Source: Octopus sinensis
Lineage: Eukaryota
Assembly: GCF_006345805.1 (NCBI RefSeq)
Contig: NC_042997.1
Span: forward strand, 34,348,001 to 34,412,000
DNA: 64,000 bases
Direction: 5' to 3'
The position numbers were made by a program, and so were the translations under genes. Below, piece by piece: positions 41,860 to 55,931 of this stretch (position 1 is the first letter of the stretch; the number at the start of each line of letters is the position of its first letter). The notes under the pieces were generated by a model. That model saw only the letters and a list, made by a program, of their open reading frames with translations. It was not told the DNA's origin and searched no databases.

Positions 41860-43620
41860 ACCTCCTGGGCGAGATGGAACTATTCCTCTTTGACCCCACA
41901 AATCTTTCCAGCGCAAGATTTCTTCCAATATATGTCTACTGAAAAATTCAGATCGAACTTTACTGTACTCTTATAAATCACAAAATCTATATAGTGTACA
42001 CAGTTGCACATATGATAAGCCGCTACAAAATAGCATCACGCAATACTATAGAAGAGCTTTTCCGCTCACATCCAGTAGTATAACAACGAAGCCAAACAGT
42101 TAGCCAGCAATTTAGGGATATCCGGTAGTTTGGAAGCGTCAGCTAAGAGAAATGCTTGTATCACCAACTAAGATCACGAATCGAACTTTATCTTCTAACC
42201 CAAGTCCTGCCTGATTAACCCAGCTAAATCGGAAATCAAGCAGGCGAGCAAGCATATATTGAGAAAGACCATCGATGATATAAGCATGACATCCAGTCTC
42301 ACCTTTTGGCGTAATACCAATGAAGCTATTTCATAGTTCATGGTAAACCAGAGTAGAGACAGGGCAAGGTTTACCCAATTCGTTATGGTAGGTTTTTATC
42401 TGTTTTTATCGAAGCGGTTACTGGTTAAGGCGCTTATGTTCGCTAGAGAATTTACTAGCGTTAGTGATATGGATATAGATCTAATAATGCACGTTACGCA
42501 AAGAATTAATTCATATACTGGACACCTAAACGAAGAGGTACCAGTCAGTTGTTTTTTGGCCCATGGAAAGATGACGATTTAACCATCTCTAGAGGCACAT
42601 AAGTGTACATTCTAGATAGGCTTTGAAAGGCCTAATACACACGTTTAGCTTCCTTAGTCTTAAGCTTACAATTGACACTAATCTTACCATATTTAACTGT
42701 TTAGATGTTACGTTGGACTTGGGTACCTGATCATACAAACCTTACCGTTAACTTGCTAAACACATATTGTGTTTAAGTACCCGAAGAAATGGGTCAGTAA
42801 GAGGATTTCGAATCTGTCCTCAAAGGGAACCCCTATTACAATGAGACATTGCTAGTCAGCGGGTTGAAGGACCGTATCCTCTTCATGCCGCAACCTAACA
42901 CCCACAAAAAAAAGAGTCACCTTAAGATCATTTGGCTTGCCCTATCCTTCTCCTCCAATGTCAAGAGTTGCATGTTAAGGATCGGCCTTAAATTTGTGGA
43001 CTAACATTTCGCGCAATCCCATATGTACCGACGAGTATTTAACAAATACATTTTTAAGGGCCACCTTCAGCAGTCTGGCCTGAATTTGAAAGATTTTAGT
43101 GAACACTCATAAACACTGCACAGATGCTCATGTATGGTTAACAGTGAATGCCTAGTGGGTTGCTGATGCAACTACGAGTCCATGTTCTACGAGGCAGAAG
43201 TGGTGTGCGACAGTAACAGTAGCAACAGCAACGAAAGCGACAGCAACAATAACAACAACACTACCAATAACGCAAGGACATATACGCGGAAATAATTTGG
43301 AGCTACGGAGTTCCCTTTAAGCGGTGACTAAATAACTACAGGTCCTCTTTTAGGATGCTAGAGAAGTGCAACGTTATGCTTTTGGCCAACTACACGTGAT
43401 GTTTAAAAGAAGAGTGAACGCCATACAGGATTAAATGGAAACTCCTGGAACAACCTGGACCAAACTTCAACAAGAACAAATTTTGCTTGTTCGCGAGGGC
43501 AAGGATCCTAAAAAATTCGCTTGAACCGAGGGTCTTCTTAACTTCCAAAAGGAAATGTTTAGTCGGTGCCTCCGTAACAGACAGTTCTTGTTGGAGACAT
43601 GAAATTCCCCACTTTCTGAG
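41860..43620 (+). mobile_element. Penelope-like element relic (RT plus GIY-YIG endonuclease)
   Basis: PKSCLINPAKSEI..SKHIL..WRNTNEAI, LKLTIDTNLTIFNCLDVTLDL..YKPYR, PYYNETL..KIIW, CSCMVNSEC..YEAEV and PFKR*LNNYRSSFR..IKWKLL match Penelope RT/EN motifs in order; stops and frameshifts. Confidence 0.85.
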
Positions 43621-43831
43621 GGAAATCCTACATAAACTCACTGTTTTCGGTCACAACCGGAACAAAAACACCTTAGATAGAAATATGCCTGTGATAATTG
43701 AACTATGATAGTTGAAAAATTCCTGTGATATTTCAACGCATATCTTTGAAAAACTTTGTACTTTGCTTTCAATTTTAGAAACTGTTCTTACCAGCGAGCA
43801 TTTTAAGAAGTGTACTTATAAAGATTTAGTA

Positions 43832-44037
43832 AATTATTTTTAACGGTTGTATTCGAAGATAAAGCTATTGATACTCACGTGTAGAAATAGGGTTAAAAAT
43901 ACCCTGGCCGGAAAAAATGTTGAAGGTTCCCGTGGGACTCGAATTCAATTTTTCTGTGAAGAGGCTTTTTATTACCCAACATTCTACACGCTATTATTTA
44001 TGGTTTTAACTTCGAGCCCCACCGTTAAAAATAAATA
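43832..44037. mobile_element. Degenerate MITE
   Basis: ttatttttaacggttgtattcgaag versus cttcgagccccaccgttaaaaataa; internal cgtgtagaa/ttctacacg inverted pair. Confidence 0.55.
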
Positions 44038-44679
44038 AGATAATATCTCTCCAAGCTTCTAGATTCATATAATAATTGTACCCCCATCCAACACATATGA
44101 ATACATTGTAACAAAAGAAAAAAACACTTAATATATTGTGGAGAGATTATATCTGCAATCAAGAATTCAGGATTCTCTCCATTGGTAATCAAAGTTACAT
44201 ACACGTGTGAAATACATGTACATTCACTCACACAATTTCACGAAACTATCTGACTGATCTTACGTGCAATTTGCACCTCTGTCACAGTCAGAATAATGGT
44301 GTGAAAGATCAAATGTTGCATACATACATAAAATTTATGTCGGTATTAATGTATGCATGTATGCACATATGCTTGAATGAATGCATGAACACATGTATGT
44401 ATGTATGAATGTATGTATGTATGTATGTATGTATGTATGTGCACGCATCTATGTATATATGTTTCTATGTATGTATGTATGTATGTATGTATGTATGAAT
44501 GTACGTATGTATGTATGTATGTATGTATGTATGTATGTATGTATGTATTATGTATGTATGTTTGTATGTATGTATGTATGTATGTATGTATGTATGTATG
44601 TATGTATGTATGTATGTATATATCTTCTGTATTTAATTATATAAATTCTTCCTTTGAAGAAAGAGCTGTTTTCTAACAA

Positions 44680-45660
44680 AGACACAAAACTCCATCGTTG
44701 GAATGTAGATAACGCAAACAATGTCACATTTTGAAACTGAGAAACGTTTTGAATAGCTTTAATGTTCTGCTTACAAATTATATTTGTAATGTGCGAATCT
44801 GTTGGTTAATTTCTTTTTCTGAAAATCCAAGCTTATCCATACTGACAGTTACAAAACCAAGTGCCTCAATTTTTATTGTTATAAATGCAAATTTGTAATC
44901 AGGATACAGAAGATGGAGGTTTCGAAATAGATGTCCATAATTATATTTATTCTCTTTGATTTTCAAAGAGATATTTACCCCAGGAGGACAGCTGACCTCT
45001 ATGACAGTACGTATTTTTTCTTGTCTGTCGCAAACAACGATATCCGACCTGTTATGCTTACAGTTAACAGATGTTTTCATGAGAATGTTCCACCAGTAAT
45101 CCCTGTACTGGTATTTGTATACGTATTCAATAAGAGAAGAATTCTCTATATTTATTACGGTACAGTTTTTTTTCCGAAAGGCATTATGAAATTCTTTGCG
45201 ACAAAGTCATGTCGCATAGGGAAAGAAGTGCTTTCAGGAGATTTTATGGCAGCTGCTAATCACATGTGAGATGTCCTCAACAGAAATACGATACAATCTA
45301 CATTTACGGTTGCGTCTTAGAATTCCAAGGGCTTCCCTGTCTCTTTTGCTGATTAGGTATTTAGTAGCAATCTTCTGTTCTTGGATTGCAAATGCATAAC
45401 CTTGGAAATATGATGTAATGTAGAGGTCACGAGTCCGAGAAAGGCTTCGTTTCATGCCAATGATATTATCTTATTCAAGTCTACGAGAAACATATCCATG
45501 CATGGTCTTTTTGGGGGGTGGGGGTTATGCTGGGCATTTCGCCCTCAGGTTTTCTTTGAGGTATGCTAGTCCTGCTGTCTTGGGCTTGTATGGGAGGTCC
45601 TCAGAAAGAGAGTGCTTCTTGAGGAGCTCACCTCCAGCACGTAGCATATTGTTTTCTCTA
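44680..45660 (-). mobile_element. RLE-type non-LTR retrotransposon relic, 3' part (R2/NeSL/R4 group)
   Basis: FQGYAFAIQEQKIATKYL..KCRLY..EDISHVISSC (CCHC region) and KHNRSDIVV..VIEVSC..IEALGFV (restriction-like endonuclease). Confidence 0.85.
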
Positions 45661-45990
45661 TGTATGTATGTATGTATGTATGTATGTATGTATGTATGTA
45701 TGTATGTATGTATGTATGTATGTATGTATGTATGTATGCATGTATGTATGTATGTATGCATGCATGTATGTATGTATATGTGTGTGTATGTATGTATGTA
45801 TGTATGTATGTATGTATGTATGTATGTATGTATGTATGTATGTATGTATGTATGTATGCATGTATGTATGTATGTATGTATGCATGCATGTATGTATGTA
45901 TATGTGTGTGTATGTATGTATGTATGTATGTATGTATGTATGCATGCATTTATGTATGTATATGTGTGTGTTTGTGTGTGAGTGTGGGGG
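45660..45990. repeat. (TATG)n compound microsatellite
   Basis: Direct sequence inspection; a second (TATG)n tract lies at about 44350-44620. Confidence 0.95.
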
Positions 45991-46301
45991 GTAGTGTCTT
46001 CTACTGTATTCCCAGGTCAAGCAAAGCCTTCTGAGTGGATTTCTTTGATAGAAACCGAAACCTCGTCGTATAGGTATCTACATATGTGTATCTTTGTGTT
46101 TGTGTTTTGCCCCACCACCGTTTTACTACAAGTTCTGGTTTGTATATGTCCACATAACTTAGCAGTTCAGCAAATTGGACCGATGGAATAAGTGGCAGTC
46201 TTTAACAAATTACTGGGTTTAGTTTTCTCCGACTAAACATTTCGAGGCAGGGCACCACCATGGCTACAGCTGAATTATTGAAGCAAGCAAATGATAATAA
46301 A

Positions 46302-46700
46302 AGGCGCAGGAGTGGCTGTGTGGTAAGTAGCTTGCTACCCAACCACATGGTTCCGGGTTCAGTCCCACTGCGTGTTATCTTGGGCAAGTGTCTTCTGCTA
46401 TAGCCCCGGGCTGTCCAATGCCTTGTGAGTGGATTTGGTAGACGGAAACTGAAAGAAGCCTGTCGTATATATGTGTATATATATATATGTATGTCTGTTT
46501 GTGTGTCTGTGTTTGTCCCCCTAGCATTGCTTGACAACCGATGCTGGTGTGCTTACGTCCCCGTCACTTAGCGGTTCGGCAAAAGAGATCAATAGAATAA
46601 GTACTGGGCTTACAAAGAATAAGTCCCGGGGTCGAGTTGCTCGACTAAAGGCGGTGCTCCAGCATGGCCGCAGTCAAATGACTGAAACAAGTAAAAGAGT
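46302..46700 (+). mobile_element. SINE family B, full-length
   Basis: ggcgcaggagtggctgtgtggtaagtagc..ttgggcaagtgtctt..gaaacaagtaaaagagt. Confidence 0.9.
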
Positions 46701-46949
46701 ATAATATAATAATATATATGTGTGTGCATGTATGCATGTGTGTGTGTGTGTGGTGCGCCTGCATCTGCTTATGTAAGTACGCGTATATACATGTACACGT
46801 GTACACATAATCGTATATATCTGTAAAAATACTCATGAAGGTATTCAAACATATTATCGCCTATTTTGATCTTATTACATGCTGGAACTCATTGAGTATT
46901 TTATATATTTTGATTGTACTTTTGATAACTTCTAGCTGTAATATCTTTC

Positions 46950-48230
46950 TCAATCATGTCGAAACACCAGTATCCTAGAACCCCGTGCGCCGATGCGCTG
47001 TTTGTATTGAATACGCAGTCGTCGTAAAAGGGAAATGCTTTTCTCCTATGATTTAGACTACAGTGTCTAGCATAGTTTGCTCCCTAACCTGCCTGGGTCT
47101 ACTAAGAATAAATGTGCAAAGAATCGTCATATTATTCTTGACTTTGTGAAACTCATATTAGTATTCAGGCATTAGTCATATAATCAAGGGCTCCAATAAT
47201 TATTGGTGTATATCTAAAACTAAAGTTCTGATAGAATAACTGCAGATTTCTCATCGGCTCGGCATATATGTTTTCACTAACTCATTTCAATAACTATCTC
47301 TCTTATCTGACCGAGATGCTCTTATTTTATTGAAGTATCGAAACGAACAGCCCACTGGTATTTTTTGATGGTACGTATGCTTAGAACTCTTTCATCTCGG
47401 TTGTATCTTGTACTTGATCCTGCAATTATCCTGTCTACACATTTCGTTATTTTATATTCTACCAATACCATGGCTCGTACCAGGTATGGCTATTGATAAC
47501 ATTTTCGGACAGCTACTTTTGATGTGGAAGACATTTTGATTGTTCATTACAGAGTATACATAAATTGTCGCATCTAGTTGGTTTATCTGCATTTCTCTCC
47601 CTGTTGTGCATGAAGCTATATGTCTTAACTAAGCGTTCATTGTTGTAGATTAGAAAATATCTCGTATATCTTCATAGCAAATATCTTCGTTTAAGGCGGC
47701 GAGCTGGCAGAAACGTTAGCACGCCGGGCGAAATTCGAAGCCGTATTTCGTTTGCCGTTACGTTCTCAGTTCAAATTCCGCCGAGGTCGACTTTGCCTTT
47801 CATCCTTTCGGAGTCGATAAATTAAGTACCAGTTACGCACTGGGGGCGATATAATTGACTTAATTCCTTTGTTTGTCCTTTGTCCCCTCTATGTTTAGCT
47901 CCTTGTGGGCAATAAAGAAATAAGAAAATATCTTCGTATATCCTCAAGGAACTATAGTATTCTTCATTTGATACCGGAGAAATTGTCAGGACATTGGTAC
48001 GATGTGACAAGATGGGCTCGTAGTTCTTAATTTTACAACCATGTCAGAACAATTATCTTGGTGATATGAATACTATTTTGGCGGGTGTGAGGTGAGATAT
48101 ATTCAAGTCTTCGAATTGACATAGCGTTTCTGTTCATATCAAAACATTTCAGGGGTTTATGAATGTAAGAATTGCGCGGTGTGGCGTATGCACATGGATA
48201 AATTTGCGCCCATGTAGTGGGTGTATATTT
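46950..48230 (-). mobile_element. Second, older RLE-type LINE relic interrupted by a SINE
   Basis: NLQLFYQNFSFRYTPIIIGALDYM resembles NLHLLYPDYKFAFITIKIEALGFV of the 44680 relic. Confidence 0.6.
47691..47925 (+). mobile_element. SINE family A monomer with a 12-bp TSD
   Basis: aaatatcttcgt at 47679-47690 and 47926-47937. Confidence 0.92.
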
Positions 48231-48504
48231 GACTTGGGTACACAAGAGCATGTACTTCATTGCAGTTTATGTGTATCTTTGTTTGACTTCGTGTTTGCAT
48301 GTAGGTTTTCGTATGCGCATGTAACTGTACACAAACACCAGGCTAGGGACCTCATATGGGTAATTTATGATATAGGTAATTTTTGGTATGTTTTACGAGG
48401 TTTCATTGTTTCCCTGATCATATTTTGACTCATTGCTTTACAACAGCTTTATGTTTTTTTAAAAATTTTCTGCTATATTGGCAAGACATAAACGGCATTT
48501 TCTT

Positions 48505-48736
48505 AAGGCGGCGAGCTGGCAGAAACGTTAGCACGCTGGGCGAAATGCTTAGCGGTATTTCGTCTGCGTTACGTTGTGAGTTCAAATTCCGCCGAGGTCG
48601 ACTTTGCCTTTCACCCTTTCGGGGTCGATAAATTAAGTACCAGTTACGCACTGGGGTCGATGCAATCGACTTAATACCTATGTCTGTCCTTGTTTGTCCC
48701 CTCTGTGTTTAGCCCCTTGTGGGTATTAAAGAAATA
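48505..48736 (+). mobile_element. SINE family A monomer with an 11-bp TSD
   Basis: ggcattttctt at 48494-48504 and 48737-48747. Confidence 0.92.
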
Positions 48737-49084
48737 GGCATTTTCTTTGACTACATGGGGGTTTTATAGCATTTTTATCTCTCTTATTGCTTAAATCTTA
48801 ATTGTTCTTTTCTGCTCCTTCTAGGACGCATGCGCTATTCCTATCAGATGTTCAGGAGAAGCTTACTATTCCTATCATTGTTGTGAGTATTCTGTTGTTT
48901 GGTTAATATGTACCTGTGCATTACTTTTTGTTAGTATGGTGAATATATCTCCTCCCAATCTCCGCTAAAGTAAGTCATTCTAGTTATCCTTGGTTCATAT
49001 GGAACAGCTGTATACTCACATACAATTATATTAACACACACACACACACACACACGTGTGTGTGTGTTTCTATTTGCATAAATA

Positions 49085-49115
<31 letters not shown>

Positions 49116-50557
49116 TCTATTTTAACTATATATACGTACATATATATTATATATATATGTATATATATATATATATATTATATATATATATACATATCCA
49201 CACTCTGGTGTGTGTTTGTCAAAAATAAGCTCATGTGTTAAAACAAAGCGTGTTGCAAATATAAATATAAGTCAGAATAGGAATTTTCCTTCATATAATG
49301 CAATATATACAAAGGCGAATATTGACTTGAATTTTATAGACATGGAATATCAAATTTCACTCATATGATTGTGTGAGAATGAGTTTGCAGCAATATTTGT
49401 GATAAACGTTTGTATATACTTTGTAAGGATGCGTATGTGTTTAGTACACATATATATATATATGCATCATAAATTGAATTATACAAGATATATAAGATTT
49501 CCTGTCAGTAAATGTAATATTACAAAGAACGTTTCTACTTATCTATGCCAGTTTGAAAACATGTTTGTTAGTATTGAATTTGTCTGTGTGGCGATAAAAA
49601 ACTCATATTCGACTTGCGCATGTTAATATTACATACATCAAACAGTTTTGGCTACTTGTGGTTCTATAACAGCAGGAAACATGTACATTTCTTGATAAAG
49701 AAATATTGCTAATATCTAGCTAATTTCTAGTTGAGCTTTTTGTATATTTTCCTCGCCGACTAAGCATTTCATAAAATCAATTTTCCAGAAGAAAATAAAA
49801 ACAAAAACAATACCAGCATCAGCATCAGCATCATCATCAGCAAAAACAACAATACGAACAATAGGACAGTATGTAAATAGAGAAAGAGAAAAGGTAACGT
49901 TTTAGAATTATTTAACAGTTTACAGCGCCTCAACCATAAAAAAAATATCAGCAACTTCATCACTAGTATTGCTATCAATATCAGCATCTGTAATAAAAGC
50001 ACTATCTGGAAATTTGTTTTCTTGTTCTTCGTACCTTTTAAAGGATTGTGATTTTCCCATCTTTACCCTTTGAAGCAATTTAATATCAGTTAGTTCAATC
50101 AACCCGATTTCAATATTCATATTTATGTAGTCTCGACGTATATATTTCATCTTGTATTGTGTCCTGTTGCGTGAAAATTGTATATATAAAACAAATTTAT
50201 TGGATGTTTGGTTTCCCATTACTTATTTTCTTATTATATGTTTGTATTTTCGAGTGTGGCATCCTTTATTGCGATTGTGCCATTGGTTTTTATCAGGATA
50301 TATTTTTTAAAAATAAAGTAAAGAAATAAGGTTTCAAAAGATATGGAGAAAATAGCTTCATTTAATATGTCAACCTGTGAAAGCATTTATTTTCCTATCT
50401 TATTTCAAGAACAAGGAAGTTGATAAAAACAACAAATATTTATCTGCTATCTAGCTTTGTGTCTAATATTGCGTGAAACAAACATATTTCGAGCTGGTAA
50501 CCTCTTCACTCCAGTATTTTCTAGCTTTATTGGTTTAGTGAATAGAGACTTGAATAC

Positions 50558-50627
50558 CTGTTAAAGAAATAGTCAAGTATCCAATTCCAGTCTGGGCACA
50601 TGTAAATTGATATAGTAAACATGGCAC
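50558..50627 (-). CDS. Candidate 70-bp exon (VPCLLYQFTCAQTGIGYLTISLT or AMFTISIYMCPDWNWILDYFFN)
   Basis: Strong ctccctttactttcag| acceptor and CAG|gtattc donor; two frames open. Confidence 0.3.
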
Positions 50628-50782
50628 CTGAAAGTAAAGGGAGATGAAGGCTTTCACAACGAAATTTTATAAAAATGGCTTAGTAGATTTATTAAGGATA
50701 GAAGAGTTTAGCAATTTAGAATTATTTTCCAGCTGCTTAGAAATCTACGTTTGTAGAATTTGAATTAGTTATTGTGTTAGTA

Positions 50783-51165
50783 ATAAGGCAGAGAGCTGGC
50801 AGAATCGTTAGCACAGCAGGCAAAATGCTTAGCGGTATTTCGCCCGTCGCTACGTTCTGAGTTCAAATTCCGCCGAAGTCGACTTTGCCTTTCGTCCTTT
50901 AGGGGTCGATACATTAAGTACCAGTTAATCATTTGGATCGATGTAATCGACAAGTTCCCCGCCCCTCAAATTTCAGGCATTGTGCCTATAGTAGAAAAGA
51001 ATCGTTAGCACACCGGATAAAATGCTTTGCGGCATTTCTTTCGGCTTTACGTTCCAAGTTCAAATTCCACGGAGGTCAACTTTGCGTTTCGTCATTTCGT
51101 GGTTGATGAAATACATACCAGACAACTACTGGCCTCAGTACAATAGATCTGACCCTCTTCTCTCA
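50783..51165 (+). mobile_element. Diverged SINE family A dimer
   Basis: aaggcagagagctggcagaatcgttagc head; second unit starts at about 51000. Confidence 0.8.
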
Positions 51166-52232
51166 GAATTGCTGTCAATATTAAAATGATTCATTGTTAT
51201 TACAAGCCATATCTTATTTTTAGGTCCGACGAAATTGCGTAGATAACTCCATCTCTTTCTTCGAGTATAATACATATTGTGCTACCTTATTCTATTTTCC
51301 TTCTCATTTTAATGGCAATAGGATGTAGTTATTTGAATTGCGATATATAGTTGTGTCGGCTCGAGGATATTAAATACTTCTACACACGACAAAATGACAT
51401 AATTTCAATATTAGTGTTGTTACTGAATTTTCTTTTGTCGACACAGTGTGCTATTTCTCTTCTCAAATTTTAAGTGCCTATACTTGATTACCTTCGGCTG
51501 AAAGTCAAACGCATTTTCAACTCAACCAGCTGTAATTCTCAATTAGTTAATTAATTTACACAAACCAAGAATTTATTCATTACAAAGTGACGTAAATGAA
51601 CGCCGTCGGCTAGTATTATGTCCCTTTCAAGTAAATTCCTCAGCAATACTTAATTTTAATGAACGTATTTTATATTAACTTTCAAGAACATCATCATCTC
51701 AAAATAAGATACCTTGCTCAAGTAAGACTAGTTGCTATTTCATCTTTAATACTGATTGTGATGCTTGGCATACATTCACAACTGATAAAAAGAAATATAG
51801 TCAGAAGAATAGATCCTAATATGTTATCTATATCTGTTTCAAAAACTCATTGCGGAAAGAGTGATGAAAGGTAGCCTTTAATTTGGTGGGAATTGTTTCA
51901 AGAATGTTGAAGGACAAAATGAGAGATTTTTAAAAGAATTTAAAATGGTTGCATCTTTACCTGTATTTCACCGCTTTCTGTTCGTTCTTTAAATTGTAGT
52001 GACATTTGTTGAGCATGAACTAACATGTTACATATTTCATTTCTTGTTGAGAGCCGCATAACACACATGAAAAACGCAGTCGGAAAAAGCATTAGCATAA
52101 TACCTATTTTCTTGCACCATCCCATAGCCCAAGAGCCCAAGAGTTGAGTTCTTTCACATGGAAAAGAATACAACAGATGTGTAGGTAAAGCTGTTATGAA
52201 TAGCAACGATCTTAGGAACACAATGAAAATAC

Positions 52233-52473
52233 CTATTTCTTTAATACCCACAAGGGGCTAAACACAGAGGGTACAAACAAGGACAGACAAACGGATTAAG
52301 TCGATTACGTCGAACCCAGTGCGTAACTGGTACTTATTTAATCGACCCCGACAGGATGAAAGGCAAAGTCGACCTCGGCGGAATTTGAACTCAGAACGTA
52401 ACGGCAGACGAAATACGGCTACGCATTTCGCCCGGCGTGCTAACGTTTCTGCCAGCTCGCCGCCTTAATATAT
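52233..52473 (-). mobile_element. SINE family A monomer with an 11-bp TSD
   Basis: aatgaaaatac at 52222-52232 and 52474-52484. Confidence 0.9.
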
Positions 52474-52761
52474 AATGAAAATACTGCTTTCACATATACG
52501 ACGCAGCTGATGCTACAAACAGGGAAATATTAGGACCTGTTTAAATGGATAAACGTATGGATTCATCCACTACACTTTAATCTCTAGTCCACTCGCAAGC
52601 TGCCGCTTTGCATAGCCTTTTGTATAGCAATAAAAATACCTACTGCTCATCGAAGTTAGTCCTTTCAGTAATACTTCCACCCAAGCAAGCTTAACACAAT
52701 CGTCTCTTCTAGTCCCTCATACTAAACATCCTTAAACTGGCCGCGTGCTAACCATATTACA

Positions 52762-52981
52762 CTTTTACTTGTTTCACTCATTTGACTGCGGCCATGCTGG
52801 AGCACCGCCTTTAGTCGAGCAAATCGACCCCAGGATTTATTCTTTGTAAGCCTTAGTACTTATTCTATCGGTCTCATTTGCCGGACCGCTAAGTTACGGG
52901 GACGTAAACACACCAGCATCGGTTGTCAAGCGATGTTGGGGGGGACAAACAAAGATAAACAAACATATACACACACACACA

Positions 52982-53051
<70 letters not shown>

Positions 53052-53216
53052 CACGACGGGCTTCTTTCAGTTACCGTCTACCAAATCCACTCACAACGGT
53101 TTGGTCGGCCCGAGGCTATGGTAGAGGACACTTGCCCAAGGTGCCACGCAGTGGGAATGAACCCTGAACCATGTGGCTGGTAAGCAAGCTACTTACCACA
53201 CACCATTCCTGCGCCT
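52762..53216 (-). mobile_element. SINE family B, full-length; its head half recurs at 54125-54303
   Basis: Matches the family B consensus; ends cattcctgcgcc. Confidence 0.9.
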
Positions 53217-54093
53217 ATTACTAAGTTATCATTGTTGAATGTCTTCCCCGTTCGTGTGTTTTCTACAGTCATTCATACATAGTTGTTGAAGGTGAACATC
53301 GATCACATTGGTTTCACTAACTTTTCTTTTACAAAGGTTCTGGACTCAATCACTTTTATTCGACTAAGCATTTACGCCCACCAACATAGAAAAAAGAATA
53401 AAAATCCCAGAAAAAAAAAACATTATATTATTTTATCCGTTTCGGTTAAGTTAGTAGAAAGATCAACGTAAAATTTATAATGAATTTAATAATGCAGTCT
53501 ATTACGTTTACTAATATATCACGAATATTCTTGTTATGTAGTCCTAAATCATCTTTGATCAAACATATATATTACCTAAGGAATCAAACCGTGACAGATC
53601 TCGTCTTTTTACAAAGGCAAAGTGCATCATGACGACATTATCTAGTGTGCCTTTTCTTCTGCGATAGTGTTTTTTTCTTCACTGACATAGCCCACAGCTA
53701 ATTACCTCGAATTTTATTGCTATTAATGAGAATCAGCTCAAAGCTGACTGAATAAACATGTCATCAAAGGCGTTCTATTCAATTTCATCCAAATCCAATG
53801 TACTTTTACGACAAGTGTACCAAGGGCCATACTAACCATAGCCACATTCTTCAAGACAGAAAGGTATGATTCAAATGGTATCTTAATCGCTTTTTGTAAA
53901 ACTGTAAATGGCTAAGTTGAGGGGAACCTTTACGCTCCTTCCGCTCGGAATTTATATCTTTGTTGCTTATAGTATTCTGTGAGACTTTAATCTAAATCAA
54001 CACAATTGGCAGTAAGAATTATACATAAAACGTTATCATTAAATACGATAGTTTGTTCAACGTAAAATTATAAGAATGAAATTTCATACGTAT

Positions 54094-54137
<44 letters not shown>

Positions 54138-55182
54138 CACGACGGGCTTCTTTCAGTTACCGTCTACCAAATCCACTCACAACGGTTTGGTCGGCCCGAG
54201 GCTATGGTAGAGGACACTTGCCCAAGGTGCCACGCAGTGGGAATGAACCCTGAACCATGTGGCTGGTAAGCAAGCTACTTACCACACACCCATTCCTGCG
54301 CCTATTACTAAGTTATCATTGTTGAATGTCTTCCCCGTTCGTGTGTTTTCTACAGTCATTCATACATAGTTGTTGAAGGTGAACATCGATCACATTGGTT
54401 TCACTAACTTTTCTTTTACAAAGGTTCTGGACTCAATCACTTTTATTCGACTAAGCATTTACGCCCACCAACATAGAAAAAAGAATAAAAATCCCAGAAA
54501 AAAAAAACATTATATTATTTTATCCGTTTCGGTTAAGTTAGTAGAAAGATCAACGTAAAATTTATAATGAATTTAATAATGCAGTCTATTACGTTTACTA
54601 ATATATCACGAATATTCTTGTTATCTAGTCCTAAATCATCTTTGATCAAACATATATATTACCTAAGGAATCAAACCGTGACAGATCTCGTCTTTTTACA
54701 AAGGCAAAGTGCATCATGACGACATTATCTAGTGTGCCTTTTCTTCTGCGATAGTGTTTTTTTCTTCACTGACATAGCCCACAGCTAATTACCTCGAATT
54801 TTATTGCTATTAATGAGAATCAGCTCAAAGCTGACTGAATAAACATGTCATCAAAGGCGTTCTATTCAATTTCATCCAAATCCAATGTACTTTTACGACA
54901 AAGTGTACCAAGGGCCATACTAACCATAGCCACATTCTTCAAGACAGAAAGGTATGATTCAAATGGTATCTTAATCGCTTTTTGTAAAACTGTAAATGGC
55001 TAAGTTGAGGGGAACCTTTACGCTCCTTCCGCTCGGAATTTATATCTTTGTTGCTTATAGTATTCTGTGAGACTTTAATCTAAATCAACACAATTGGCAG
55101 TAAGAATTTATAACATAAAAACGTTATCAATTAAATACGATAGTTTGTTCAACGTAAAATTTATAAGAATGAAATTTCATAC

Positions 55183-55183
<1 letters not shown>
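53047..55183. repeat. Near-identical tandem duplication, period about 1090 bp, bounded by (TA)n
   Basis: 53047-54090 matches 54133-55183; identical ORFs at 53283 and 54370; I saw mostly homopolymer indels and one substitution. Confidence 0.95.
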
Positions 55184-55228
<45 letters not shown>

Positions 55229-55741
55229 CATGACCATCCCCAAATACAATAATCCACACACACACACATGACTGTATGTGTATATATTTGTACTTGAAAA
55301 ATCAGGTGAAATTGAATATCTGATATCGATTTCAAATCCAAATACTATTGATTAATGCTATGTGAAATAGCGACACCTCCAATCTAAATACCAATATGTT
55401 TATCTGGGAGGCTTTTAAATTGAATCCTCTAACCAAACACTCATCGCAACGTGATTGATTAAATGCATTGCCATGACAACAATGTTAAAGATATAGCTTA
55501 ACACGGAAAGTCATCAGTACTTGGTTACCTCATTAGTATTAATGTACTGTAGTTGAAAATACAAATAATGCAATTCTGAACGTGAAGTGGCACATCTCCG
55601 GAAACCCTCGAATGTCAAGTCAGAAACGAAAACTACAAGAAGAAGAAAAAAATAGCAACAATAATAGTAACAACATCAACAAATACTGACTCATATCATA
55701 CTTCCAAATAAATACACATACATATACACATATGTAAGCAT

Positions 55742-55931
<190 letters not shown>

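Noticed and set aside
49920-50219. 99-aa minus-strand ORF with an acidic tail and an overlapping TM-like frame
   Set aside because: The tail derives from degenerate (GAT/GCT)n repeats; no homology recognised.
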